Origin: Paludibacter sp.
Lineage (GTDB): Bacteria > Bacteroidota > Bacteroidia > Bacteroidales > Paludibacteraceae
Direction of reading: 5' to 3'
Assembly: GCA_028692715.1 (NCBI GenBank)
Contig: JAQUWU010000002.1
Coordinates: 23,437 to 87,436 of the forward strand
Length of the DNA: 64,000 bases
The notes under the pieces were generated by a model. It was not told the origin of the DNA. It ran no database searches and worked only from the letters and a program-made list of their open reading frames with translations. Position 1 is the stretch's first letter, and each line of letters opens with the position of its first letter. A program made the translations under genes and the position numbers. This document shows positions 54,418 through 63,212 of the stretch, piece after piece.

Positions 54418-55491
54418 ATGGAACATGATTATTGTATAATAATGGCTGGTGGCGTTGGAAGTCGCTTTTGGCCATTTAGTCGGAACAATCGCCCCAAGCA
54501 ATTTCTTGACTTTTTTGGAACCGGCCGTTCGCTTTTACAAATGACATTTGATAGAATGCGTCACTTGGTACCTGCAGAAAATATATTGATAGTATCTAAT
54601 GTCATTTATAAGGATTTGATTTTGGAACAATTACCCGAAATTAAAGCTAATCAGGTACTTCTTGAACCAAATCGTAGAAATACAGCACCTTGTATTGCAT
54701 ATGCAGTGAATAGAATTAAGTCCATTACCAATAAAGCCAATATTATTGTTGCTCCATCGGATCATTTGATATTGAAAGAAGTTGACTTTTTGGAAACAAT
54801 TAAAATTGGAATCGATTTTGTCGAAAATAATGATAGTCTTTTGACGCTGGGTATTAAGCCAAGTAGACCGGAAACAGGATATGGTTATATTCAAATAGAT
54901 GAAGGTGATTCAGCTTTACGCAGAGTAAAAACCTTTACCGAGAAACCAAATGCCGAATTAGCACAAATTTTCTATGAAACGGGAGAATTCTTCTGGAATT
55001 CAGGCATTTTCCTATGGAATCTACAAACAATTGTTAAAGCTTTTGATGAACTTTTACCCGAAGTGGCAACTAAATTCAACAGCGGAAAAGAATTTTTCAA
55101 TACTGATAAAGAACAGGCTTTTGTCGATGATATGTATCAATCTTGTCCAAATATTTCCATCGATTACGGAATTATGGAAAAAGCATCGAATGTACATGTG
55201 TTGTGTTCCGATTTTGGTTGGACTGATTTGGGAACATGGGGCTCACTATACGAAATGTCGCCAAAAGATGAACATGAAAATGTAACCCTGAAATGTAAAA
55301 CCGTTTTTTACGAAAGTGAAAATAATATTGTGGCATTACCAAACCAGAAATTAGCGGTGATTCAGGATTTGAATGGCTATATTGTGGCCGAATCCGATAA
55401 TGTGTTATTGATTTGCAAATTGGAAGATGAACAAAAAATTCGCCAGTATGTGAATGATATTAATGTGAAGTTTGATGGGAAATACAGTTGA
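54418..55491 (+). CDS. manC: mannose-1-phosphate guanylyltransferase
   Basis: 357 aa. MAGGVGSRFWP nucleotidyl-transferase motif and a GDP-mannose pyrophosphorylase-like body. Confidence 0.85.
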   Translation: MEHDYCIIMAGGVGSRFWPFSRNNRPKQFLDFFGTGRSLLQMTFDRMRHLVPAENILIVSNVIYKDLILEQLPEIKANQVLLEPNRRNTAPCIAYAVNRIKSITNKANIIVAPSDHLILKEVDFLETIKIGIDFVENNDSLLTLGIKPSRPETGYGYIQIDEGDSALRRVKTFTEKPNAELAQIFYETGEFFWNSGIFLWNLQTIVKAFDELLPEVATKFNSGKEFFNTDKEQAFVDDMYQSCPNISIDYGIMEKASNVHVLCSDFGWTDLGTWGSLYEMSPKDEHENVTLKCKTVFYESENNIVALPNQKLAVIQDLNGYIVAESDNVLLICKLEDEQKIRQYVNDINVKFDGKYS

Positions 55492-55548
55492 CAGTTAACA
55501 GTTAACAGTTATCAGTTAACAGTTATCAGTTTACAGTAATCAGTGATT
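55486..55548 (+). repeat. tandem heptamer array, about 9 units of (A/T)CAGTTA, starting at the manC stop codon
   Basis: ACAGTTG ACAGTTA ACAGTTA ACAGTTA TCAGTTA ACAGTTA TCAGTTT ACAGTAA TCAGTGA. Confidence 0.85.
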
Positions 55549-55605
55549 CGTTTGTAAGTGGTCATTGTTTGGATGATCTGAATTGTTTCTATTATTGTTT
55601 AAAAA

Positions 55606-55613
55606 TATATTTG
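55606..55613 (+). promoter_or_regulatory. -7-like box TATATTTG immediately upstream of the four-helix-bundle mini-gene
   Basis: TAnnTTTG match only 5 nt before the ATG, implying a leaderless or very short-leader transcript if it is used. Confidence 0.25.
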
Positions 55614-55617
55614 TATT

Positions 55618-55977
55618 ATGATTGAAGGTAGCTTGGTTTATAAGAAGGCATATTCATTTGCAATAAGAATTGTGAAAGCGTATCAATTTCTTCAAACTGA
55701 GAAAAAGGAATTTGTAATTTCTAAACAGATTCTAAGATGTGGCACTTCAATAGGTTCAAACATTGCAGAAGCAAATGGTGGAATTTCAATGAGTGATTTT
55801 TCTGCAAAAATGAGTATCGCTTATAAGGAATGTTTGTAAACAAAATATTGGCTTTCACTTTTGAAAGATACAAATTACATTGAAGAAAATACTTATAAAA
55901 CGATGTATAACGATGCTGATGAAATTGCTAAAATGTTATTTTCAATTTTAAAATCGACTCGAATAAATAAAAAATAG
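55618..55977 (+). pseudogene. four-helix-bundle protein gene (PF05635, 23S rRNA intervening-sequence protein / Avd-like) interrupted by an in-frame TAA at 55837-55839
   Basis: MIEGSLVYKKAYSFAIRIVKAYQFLQTEKKEFVISKQILRCGTSIGSNIAEANGGISMSDFSAKMSIAYKECL*TKYWLSLLKDTNYIEENTYKTMYNDADEIAKMLFSILKSTRINKK. The SIGSNIAEA core and the E(T)-YWL..L block match the family. The stop sits where Glu (GAA) is expected. Confidence 0.6.
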
Positions 55978-55980
55978 AAT

Positions 55981-56062
55981 TAACAACTAATCACAGCTAA
56001 CTGCTAACTGTTAACTGTTAACTGCTAACTGCTAACTGCTAACTGCTAACTGCTAACTGATT
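55981..56062 (+). repeat. tandem heptamer array, 9-11 units of TG(C/T)TAAC. This is the reverse complement of the 55486-55548 array (GTTAACA/GTTAGCA).
   Basis: ...AGCTAAC TGCTAAC TGTTAAC TGTTAAC TGCTAAC TGCTAAC TGCTAAC TGCTAAC TGCTAAC TGATTAT. It ends 9 nt before the next ATG. Confidence 0.85.
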
Positions 56063-56071
56063 ATTGAAATT

Positions 56072-56344
56072 ATGGGATTTTTCAAATTATATAAACCACG
56101 CAAATACGACTACCGTTATATTTATTACGACTCCAAAAAGGAGGCGCAGAAGGATCGTGAAAAACGTTTAGCTGAAGAGGGTGAGAATGGGGCTGAATTT
56201 AGATCTACCATTAAAAGAGGAACTTTTCGGGCTGAAGCGGCAAAGAATAAGAGCTCACGTAGTCGTGAAATAGGAAAATCGAATATCCGATTAGTACTTA
56301 TAATATTCTTTTTGTTGCTGTTAGCCTATTACTTGTTGAAATAA
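56072..56344 (+). CDS. small hypothetical protein with basic N-terminal region and C-terminal transmembrane helix, immediately upstream of mutL
   Basis: 90 aa (MGFFKLYKPRKYDYRYIYYDSKKEAQKDREKR...RLVLIIFFLLLLAYYLLK). 9-nt gap to mutL. No family recognised. Confidence 0.4.
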   Translation: MGFFKLYKPRKYDYRYIYYDSKKEAQKDREKRLAEEGENGAEFRSTIKRGTFRAEAAKNKSSRSREIGKSNIRLVLIIFFLLLLAYYLLK

Positions 56345-56353
56345 AAAACTTAC

Positions 56354-58186
56354 ATGAGCGATATTATTCATTTGTTACCCGATTCGGTAGCCAATCAAAT
56401 AGCAGCCGGCGAGGTAATCCAACGTCCGGCTTCTGTTTTGAAAGAATTAGTTGAAAATGCTATTGATGCGGGAGCAACGAATATTAAAATAGTGATAAAG
56501 GATGCCGGTCGAACACTGATTCAAGTGATTGATAACGGAAAAGGAATGAGCGAAACGGATGCCCGAATGGCTTTCGAGCGTCATGCCACGTCAAAAATTT
56601 CCAGTGCCGACGACTTGTTCACCATTCGTACTATGGGTTTTCGTGGCGAAGCACTGGCTTCAATAGCTGCAGTGGCTCAGGTTGAACTTCGTACGCGAAG
56701 AGAAGATGACGAGCTTGGAGTTTTGATTGAAATTGCGGGAACGCGCGTGTTCAAGCAGGAATCTGTACAATGCGACAGTGGAACTTCATTTCAGGTGAAA
56801 AATTTATTCTTTAATGTGCCTGCACGTCGTCGTTTTCTGAAAAGTGATAATGTAGAGAAAGGTCATTTGCTGAATGAATTTTACCGGATTGTATTGGTTA
56901 ACACCGAAGTATCCTTTTCGTTTTATGATGGAGACGATGAAATTTTTCAACTTTCGGCTTCCAATATAAAAATACGAATAGAGAATATTTTTGGAAAAAA
57001 CAGCAAAAAACGCTGGCAACAACAGTTGCTTAATATCGAAACATCTACCAACCTGATTAATATAACAGGTTATGTGGGAAAACCTGAATTCGCTCAAAAA
57101 TCAGCTGTACAATATTTCTTTGTCAATGGGCGATATATGCGTCATCCTTATTTCCACAAGGCGGTTATGTTGGCTTATAGCCAAATGATTCAGGCAACGG
57201 AGAGTCCAAACTATTTCATTTATTTCGAAGTTGATCCGCAAACTATCGACATTAATATTCACCCTACAAAAACCGAGATTAAATTCGAAAACGAACAGGC
57301 AATTTGGTCTATTCTTTCGGCTGCTGTAAAAGAATCGTTAGGTAAATTTAATGTTGTTCCGTCCATTGATTTCGATCAGGAAGGTGCCATTGATATTCCT
57401 TCGAATGTAAATGTCGAGAATGTACGTCCTCCACAAACAAATTTTAATCCGAATTATAATCCATTTACAACGAGTTACAAAAGACCCACATTGGACTGGG
57501 AACAGTTGTATGGTGGGTTTGAAAAGAAAAAGGAAGAGCCTGATTCACCTTCTGAAGGACAACCGTTTCAGAGTTCAATGTCTATTGAAAGCAATGATCA
57601 GCAACAAACTTTCGAAAATATTGAATCACGTTCAGAGAATTTTCAGTTTAAAAACCGTTATATTCTTACTGGAATTAAATCGGGGATGTTAATGATTGAT
57701 CAACAGCGTGCTCACACCCGTGTTTTGTTCGATTTATTTATGATTCAAATGGAGAACAGAAAAGCGGTTTCTCAACAGATTCTTTTCCCGGAAACGCTTG
57801 AACTGACTCCCGACGATGCATTGATTTTCGAACAAATGATGCCCGATTTAAACCGACTGGGATTTGAATTTGAAAAGATGGAATTAAACTCCTATAGCGT
57901 AAAAGGAGTTTCGTCACATGTGGGAACAGCAAGTGTGGTGAATTTATTGCTGGAAATGCTTGATAAAACCAAAAATACCGCTGAAGATATATCCGCCAGT
58001 CTGCATGAAACAATTGCATTGACTCTTGCCGAAACGGCTTCTCTTAAATCGGGTCAACGACTTACTTCCGAAGAAATGAGTGACCTTATTGATCGACTTT
58101 TTGCGAGTGCTAACCATAATTTCACTCCGGATGGGAAGAAAATTATGACCATTTTTACCGGCGAAGAATTGGATAAAAGGTTTTAA
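56354..58186 (+). CDS. mutL: DNA mismatch repair protein MutL
   Basis: 610 aa. GHKL ATPase motifs (VKELVENAIDAGA, DNGKGM, GFRGEAL) and a C-terminal dimerisation domain. Confidence 0.95.
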   Translation: MSDIIHLLPDSVANQIAAGEVIQRPASVLKELVENAIDAGATNIKIVIKDAGRTLIQVIDNGKGMSETDARMAFERHATSKISSADDLFTIRTMGFRGEALASIAAVAQVELRTRREDDELGVLIEIAGTRVFKQESVQCDSGTSFQVKNLFFNVPARRRFLKSDNVEKGHLLNEFYRIVLVNTEVSFSFYDGDDEIFQLSASNIKIRIENIFGKNSKKRWQQQLLNIETSTNLINITGYVGKPEFAQKSAVQYFFVNGRYMRHPYFHKAVMLAYSQMIQATESPNYFIYFEVDPQTIDINIHPTKTEIKFENEQAIWSILSAAVKESLGKFNVVPSIDFDQEGAIDIPSNVNVENVRPPQTNFNPNYNPFTTSYKRPTLDWEQLYGGFEKKKEEPDSPSEGQPFQSSMSIESNDQQQTFENIESRSENFQFKNRYILTGIKSGMLMIDQQRAHTRVLFDLFMIQMENRKAVSQQILFPETLELTPDDALIFEQMMPDLNRLGFEFEKMELNSYSVKGVSSHVGTASVVNLLLEMLDKTKNTAEDISASLHETIALTLAETASLKSGQRLTSEEMSDLIDRLFASANHNFTPDGKKIMTIFTGEELDKRF

Positions 58187-58325
58187 AATCTAACTTCTAG
58201 TTGTCGAGGAACGAGACACTAAAACGTTAATCTTTAAAGATCTATTATTTACACATGAAATACCCATGTACAAAATAGCAATTTTGGACACACAAGGGCT
58301 TCCGATAGTTATCGGGATATAAAAA

Positions 58326-58414
58326 TACAAAACACTTTCTGTTCCCTCTCTTATTCCCCCTCTTTCTCCCTCTCCTTTTGGAGATGGTTGGGGTGAGGTC
58401 AGGGTTAGGGGCAG
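58326..58414. other. GC-rich mirror-like segment: 32-nt pyrimidine tract (CCCTCTCTTATTCCCCCTCTTTCTCCCTCTCC), then TTTT, then a purine/G-rich tract (GGAGATGGTTGGGGTGAGGTCAGGGTTAGGGGCAG)
   Basis: Strong strand-asymmetric composition, atypical for this AT-rich genome. Contains the TCTCC-TTTT-GGAGA hairpin and a GGGTTAGGGG motif. Lies 20 nt upstream of the HAD gene start. Confidence 0.5.
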
Positions 58415-58433
58415 ATTAATCCAATTATAAACA

Positions 58434-59087
58434 ATGAAATCCCTACTAATATTTGACCTTGATGGTACTTTATTGGACACAGTTGCCGATTTGGCAGTTA
58501 GTACCAATTACGCACTGAATTTTTGTGGTTTCCCTTCGCACGAAATAGAGGCTTATCGCAAATTTATAGGTAATGGCATTAATAATTTATTTGAACGGGC
58601 TTTGCCAATAGGACAAAAAACACAGGAAAATGTGTTGAAAATTAGAAAGCCTTTCTTGGAGTATTATGGTGAGCATAGTTCTGAACTAACCGTACCTTAT
58701 CCCGGAATGTCTCAGTTGTTAAAGCAAATTCAGTCGGCGGGGTTAAAAATAGCAGTTGCTTCCAATAAATATCAGTTGGGCACCGAAACACTGATTCATC
58801 GCTTTTTCCCGGAAATAAATTTTACGGCAGTATTTGGTCAGCGTGATGGAATTCCTATAAAACCGGATGCGCAAATAGTGTATGATATTCTCACAATTGC
58901 AGGTGTTGATAAATCAGAAGCATTTTATGTAGGAGATTCGGGTGTTGATATGCAAACTGCCATAAATGCCGGTGTTGAAACTATAGCAGTAACCTGGGGT
59001 TTTCGCCCTGTGGCAGAATTAGAAGCTTACCATCCAAAATATATGGTAGATAAAGCAGAAGAAATATGGGAAATATTAAACGCATAA
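58434..59087 (+). CDS. HAD-superfamily hydrolase (phosphoglycolate phosphatase-like)
   Basis: 217 aa. DLDGTLLDT motif I. Later motifs SN..., GDSGVD. Confidence 0.85.
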   Translation: MKSLLIFDLDGTLLDTVADLAVSTNYALNFCGFPSHEIEAYRKFIGNGINNLFERALPIGQKTQENVLKIRKPFLEYYGEHSSELTVPYPGMSQLLKQIQSAGLKIAVASNKYQLGTETLIHRFFPEINFTAVFGQRDGIPIKPDAQIVYDILTIAGVDKSEAFYVGDSGVDMQTAINAGVETIAVTWGFRPVAELEAYHPKYMVDKAEEIWEILNA

Positions 59088-59090
59088 AAC

Positions 59091-59120
59091 AAAAAAACCG
59101 CTTATTAAGCGGTTTTTTTG
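59091..59120. terminator. bidirectional terminator between HAD hydrolase and acyl-CoA dehydrogenase
   Basis: AAAAAAACCGCTTATTAAGCGGTTTTTTT. Confidence 0.7.
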
Positions 59121-59139
59121 TTTCTTATTCTCAAAAAGT

Positions 59140-60852
59140 TTATTGAACTTTATAAACATCAATTTTATCTACATCAAATTTTTTGATAAATGCAGCGTGT
59201 CGACGAACTTCCACTTCGCCAAAGTTCAAGTAAACTTCAGCTGATTTACGGAACAGATCTTCTTTGTCGCGAGAAGCATCAATCAACAACAAATATCCCA
59301 TAATGATATGGCCAGCCATTTCCACCATACGACGTGCTTGAAAATCAATATATTCATTGTTTTTCGTTTCGTTTACTCTGGCAACTGTTGTTTCAAACAA
59401 ATTTGTCATAATTTGTAAGCGTTTGCGTAAGGAAGTAAATTCAGGATTGATAGCTTGATTGTCGTAATCACGAATCATTTTCAGATAATTTCCTGTAGTT
59501 ACAAAGCGAATAGCTGCAACAACTTGAAGTTGCGAAGTTCCTTCATAAATTGTCATGATACGAGCATCACGGAAATGACGTTCGCAGGCATAATCTTTCA
59601 TAAATCCAGAACCGCCATGAACCTGAATAGAATCATAAGCATTTTGATTCGCATATTCGCTGGTAAACATTTTCAGCATTGGAGTTAATGCATCTGCCAA
59701 TTTTGAATATTCTTTGTATTCTGCTTTTTCTTCAGGAGTTAGCTTTCTTTCCGCTTCAATAGCTTCGTAAGCTTTGTAAATATCAACAAAACGAGTAGTT
59801 TCGTACAATAATGCACGTGAAGCATCGAGTTTAGCTTTTATTACCGAAACCAATTCGTAAACAGCAGGGAATTCGATAATTGCTTTTCCAAATTGTTTAC
59901 GGTCACGGGCGTAATTTAAAGCCTCGGTATAAGCAGCCGACGAAAGTCCAACCGATTGAGCACCAATACCCAAACGAGCACCGTTCATCAACGACATTAC
60001 ATATTTAATCAAACCCATACGGCGGGTTCCGACTAATTGTGCAGGAGTATTATTGAAAACGAGTTCACAAGTTGGTGAACCTTTAATTCCTAATTTATTT
60101 TCTATACGGCGAACTAACACAGTATGATCATGTTTGTTGTCAGCTACAAAATAGGACAACCCTCTACCGTCATTTGTGCCTTCTTCCGAACGAGCTAAAA
60201 CCAGTTTGATTTGAGCATCACCATTTGTAATGAAACGTTTCACTCCGTTCAGATACCATATACCATCTTTTTCATTGAAAGTAGCTTTCAACTGTACGGC
60301 TTGCAAATCCGAACCTGCATCAGGTTCCGTGAGATCCATTGAGCAGGTAGCACCTTCACAAACGCGAGGCAAATATTCATTTTTTATTTCATCTGAAGCA
60401 AATTCTGCAATCGTTTCGGCACAATCCTGCAGCCCCCAGATGTTAGCAAAGCCGGCATCGGCACGGGCAACCATTTCGCCTGACATTACATAAGCAATAA
60501 AAGGAAAATTCAAACCGCCGTATTGACGAGGTAAGGTAATTCCGTAAACTCCGGCTTGCATCAATGCTTCGTGATTTTCCTGAGTTCCACGAGCGTAAAT
60601 TACGCGGCTGTTTTCAACCTGTGGCCCCTCGTGATCAACACTTTCTGCATTTGGTGCAATAATATCATTACAAATTCCCCCGATAATTTCGAGAACTTTT
60701 TCGTAATTGTCAACTGCATCTTCAAAATCGCGGGATGCATAATCATATTTATCTTTATCAGCAAAGTTGCGCTCTTTGAGGTCAACAATTTTCTTCATCA
60801 AGGGATGCGAAAGCTGAAATTTTATGGCAGGATTGTCGTTATAAAAGTTCAT
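59140..60852 (-). CDS. acyl-CoA dehydrogenase (long form with C-terminal extension)
   Basis: 570 aa. ACAD N/M/C domains (catalytic-base region YEGTSQLQ...). Downstream of etfBA. Confidence 0.85.
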   Translation of the reverse strand: MNFYNDNPAIKFQLSHPLMKKIVDLKERNFADKDKYDYASRDFEDAVDNYEKVLEIIGGICNDIIAPNAESVDHEGPQVENSRVIYARGTQENHEALMQAGVYGITLPRQYGGLNFPFIAYVMSGEMVARADAGFANIWGLQDCAETIAEFASDEIKNEYLPRVCEGATCSMDLTEPDAGSDLQAVQLKATFNEKDGIWYLNGVKRFITNGDAQIKLVLARSEEGTNDGRGLSYFVADNKHDHTVLVRRIENKLGIKGSPTCELVFNNTPAQLVGTRRMGLIKYVMSLMNGARLGIGAQSVGLSSAAYTEALNYARDRKQFGKAIIEFPAVYELVSVIKAKLDASRALLYETTRFVDIYKAYEAIEAERKLTPEEKAEYKEYSKLADALTPMLKMFTSEYANQNAYDSIQVHGGSGFMKDYACERHFRDARIMTIYEGTSQLQVVAAIRFVTTGNYLKMIRDYDNQAINPEFTSLRKRLQIMTNLFETTVARVNETKNNEYIDFQARRMVEMAGHIIMGYLLLIDASRDKEDLFRKSAEVYLNFGEVEVRRHAAFIKKFDVDKIDVYKVQ

Positions 60853-60912
60853 AATATTTTTCTTTTTGAAGTTACAGTAGTTATAGAAGTAATGTTGAAG
60901 TTATGTTTGCTA

Positions 60913-61287
60913 TTATTTTTCATTTTTATCAGTAAGAATCTTTTCACAATAATTATTTAAAGACTTACTAGTTTCTTCTAATAGTTGATTCAATTTTTCA
61001 GAATTAACGTTATCAGTATATTTTAAATCTTTTGAAAGAATAATATAGTATCTGCATTCTTCAAGACTTGCTTGAGCTATATTGAAAAATCTTAATTTCT
61101 CTGTTTTGCTCAATCTTTTATATCCTTCTGCAATATTTGCAGGAATAGATATTGAGGCTCTGCGAAATTGTGATACTAAGCCGAAAAGTTCATTTTTAGG
61201 ATAATTTGCGGTGAGATTATACATCTCTAAAACAAAACGGTGTGCTTGTTGCCACATTCTTAAATCAATAAATGAACTTGTTGCCAT
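60913..61287 (-). CDS. four-helix-bundle protein (PF05635, 23S-IVS/Avd-like), intact copy, inserted between etfA and acd
   Basis: 124 aa. MATSSFIDLRMWQQAHRFVLEMYNLTANYPKNELFGLVSQFRRASISIPANIAEGYKRLSKTEKLRFFNIAQASLEECRYYIILSKDLKY... Confidence 0.8.
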   Translation of the reverse strand: MATSSFIDLRMWQQAHRFVLEMYNLTANYPKNELFGLVSQFRRASISIPANIAEGYKRLSKTEKLRFFNIAQASLEECRYYIILSKDLKYTDNVNSEKLNQLLEETSKSLNNYCEKILTDKNEK

Positions 61288-61313
61288 AACTTCTTAACTT
61301 CAATAACGTCTCT

Positions 61314-62333
61314 TTACTTCGAGTTTTTCTTATAGTATTTAATCATTTTTGGTAATACCTCTTCAATATTTCCGGTTATTACATAATCGGCAATTGCGTT
61401 GATAGGCGCTTTAGGGTCATTGTTAATAGCAATAATCATGGCACTCTCTTGCATTCCTGCAATGTGTTGGATTTGACCCGAAATACCACATGCAATATAC
61501 AGTTTTGGACGAACGGTTGTTCCAGTTTGACCAATTTGACGTTCGTGTTCTGTAAAACCGGCATCTACAGCAGCACGTGAAGCACCCACTTCGCCACCTA
61601 ATGTTTCAGCTAAATCATGTAATAATTTAAAGTTTTCAGCACTTCCAACACCGTAACCACCCGAAACAATAATGGGTGAACCTTTAATGTTTAGTTTCGA
61701 TTTTTCCATGTGGCGTTCGATAACTTCCACAACGAAATCGGTATCGGCAACATATTTTGAAACGTCTAGCTTGTGCGTTTTACCAGTAAATTTAGCATCT
61801 AGAATTTCCTTTTTCATTACTCCCTCACGAACGGTTGCCATTTGTGGGCGACAATCCGGATTTACAATGGTGGCAACAATGTTACCCCCAAAAGCAGGAC
61901 GAATTTGATAAAGTAAGTTTTCGTAGATTTTTCCTTGTTTTTTGTCTTCGTAAGTTCCAATTTCCAGGGAAGTACAATCAGCAGTTAAACCACTAAATAA
62001 AGCAGAAGAAACACGAGGACCTAAATCGCGGCCAATAGAAGTAGCTCCCATCAAAGCAACTTGTGGTTTTTCTTCTTTAAAAATATTCACCAATAAAGAA
62101 GTATGTGGTAATGTAGTGTAAGGAGCAAGGCGTTTGTCATCGGCAATATGCAGAACATCAACGCCAAAAGGGAAAACCTGAGCACCAACTCCATCTAATT
62201 TATAGCCAGCAGCAACTGCTTCCAGTTTACAGTTTAATTGTTTTGCAAGGCTACGACCTTTCGTAAGTAATTCTAAGCTAACATCGCCTACAATGCCATC
62301 TTCAATTTCGAGATATACAAATATATTGTTCAT
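61314..62333 (-). CDS. etfA: electron transfer flavoprotein subunit alpha
   Basis: 339 aa. FAD-binding C-terminal domain (RPKLYIACGISGQIQHIAGM). Confidence 0.93.
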   Translation of the reverse strand: MNNIFVYLEIEDGIVGDVSLELLTKGRSLAKQLNCKLEAVAAGYKLDGVGAQVFPFGVDVLHIADDKRLAPYTTLPHTSLLVNIFKEEKPQVALMGATSIGRDLGPRVSSALFSGLTADCTSLEIGTYEDKKQGKIYENLLYQIRPAFGGNIVATIVNPDCRPQMATVREGVMKKEILDAKFTGKTHKLDVSKYVADTDFVVEVIERHMEKSKLNIKGSPIIVSGGYGVGSAENFKLLHDLAETLGGEVGASRAAVDAGFTEHERQIGQTGTTVRPKLYIACGISGQIQHIAGMQESAMIIAINNDPKAPINAIADYVITGNIEEVLPKMIKYYKKNSK

Positions 62334-62339
62334 GGTAAA

Positions 62340-63212
62340 TTATCCTATCGTGTGGTTAGCAATTAATTCTATCATTAAGTCTTCAATTTCAACATTCGAT
62401 GCTGTAAGATGTTTGCTTTCTTTGGCTGTAAACACTACATTTTCGATTTGTTTAACCTTGGTAGGTGAACCGCTGAGACCCAACCATTGAACATCATGTT
62501 CGATGTCGTTAACGCCCCACTCGGTAATATTAAGGTAAGAATGATTGTCGTAAAAATTAGTATAATCATCACCGGCTTCCTGTCTTTCCGAAGGAGTAGC
62601 GGCACGTTTATATTTCATGGTGAGTTTTGCGTGACGAGGACGACATTCTGCTGCTGATCCATTTACTGTTACAACTAATGGAAGAGGAGCTTTTACTATT
62701 TCAATACCACGTTCAAGGCGGCGTTTTACCGTAATATTGTTGTTCGATAAATCCAGGATTTCTTCTGCATACGTAATTTGATTTAATCCAAGTTTTTCGG
62801 CTACCTGTGGACCAACCTGAGCTGTATCACCATCAATTGCCTGACGACCGCAAATAATTAGGTCGATTTTTCCCATTTTACGGATGGCACAAGCCAACGC
62901 ATAAGATGTTGCAAGTGTATCAGACCCGGCGAATTCACGTCCGCTTAATAAAAAACCACCATCTGCACCCCGATACATACTTTCGCGAATAATTTCGGCA
63001 GCTCGAGCAGGTCCCATGGTAAGAATATGAACTGTAGCGCCTTTAATTTTACTTTTTAAGCGGAGCGCCTGTTCCAACGCATTCAAATCTTCAGGGTTAT
63101 AAATGGCAGGAAGCGCAGCACGGTTTACCGTTCCATCAGCTTTCATTGCGTCTTTACCCACATTGCGTGTATCGGGTACTTGCTTTGCAAGAACAACAAT
63201 TTTAAAACTCAT
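62340..63212 (-). CDS. etfB: electron transfer flavoprotein subunit beta
   Basis: 290 aa. MSFKIVVLAKQVPDT N-terminus typical of EtfB. Confidence 0.93.
   Translation of the reverse strand: MSFKIVVLAKQVPDTRNVGKDAMKADGTVNRAALPAIYNPEDLNALEQALRLKSKIKGATVHILTMGPARAAEIIRESMYRGADGGFLLSGREFAGSDTLATSYALACAIRKMGKIDLIICGRQAIDGDTAQVGPQVAEKLGLNQITYAEEILDLSNNNITVKRRLERGIEIVKAPLPLVVTVNGSAAECRPRHAKLTMKYKRAATPSERQEAGDDYTNFYDNHSYLNITEWGVNDIEHDVQWLGLSGSPTKVKQIENVVFTAKESKHLTASNVEIEDLMIELIANHTIG

Noticed and set aside
55486-56062. Possible CRISPR array
   Set aside because: Units are 7 bp with no spacers. These are microsatellite-like heptamer arrays, not CRISPR repeats. No cas genes are present in the window.
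58190-58507. 105-aa minus-strand ORF (contains PSPKGEGERGG)
   Set aside because: Its middle is simply the translation of the CT-tract/GA-tract segment. It overlaps the HAD gene start. It is a low-complexity artefact.
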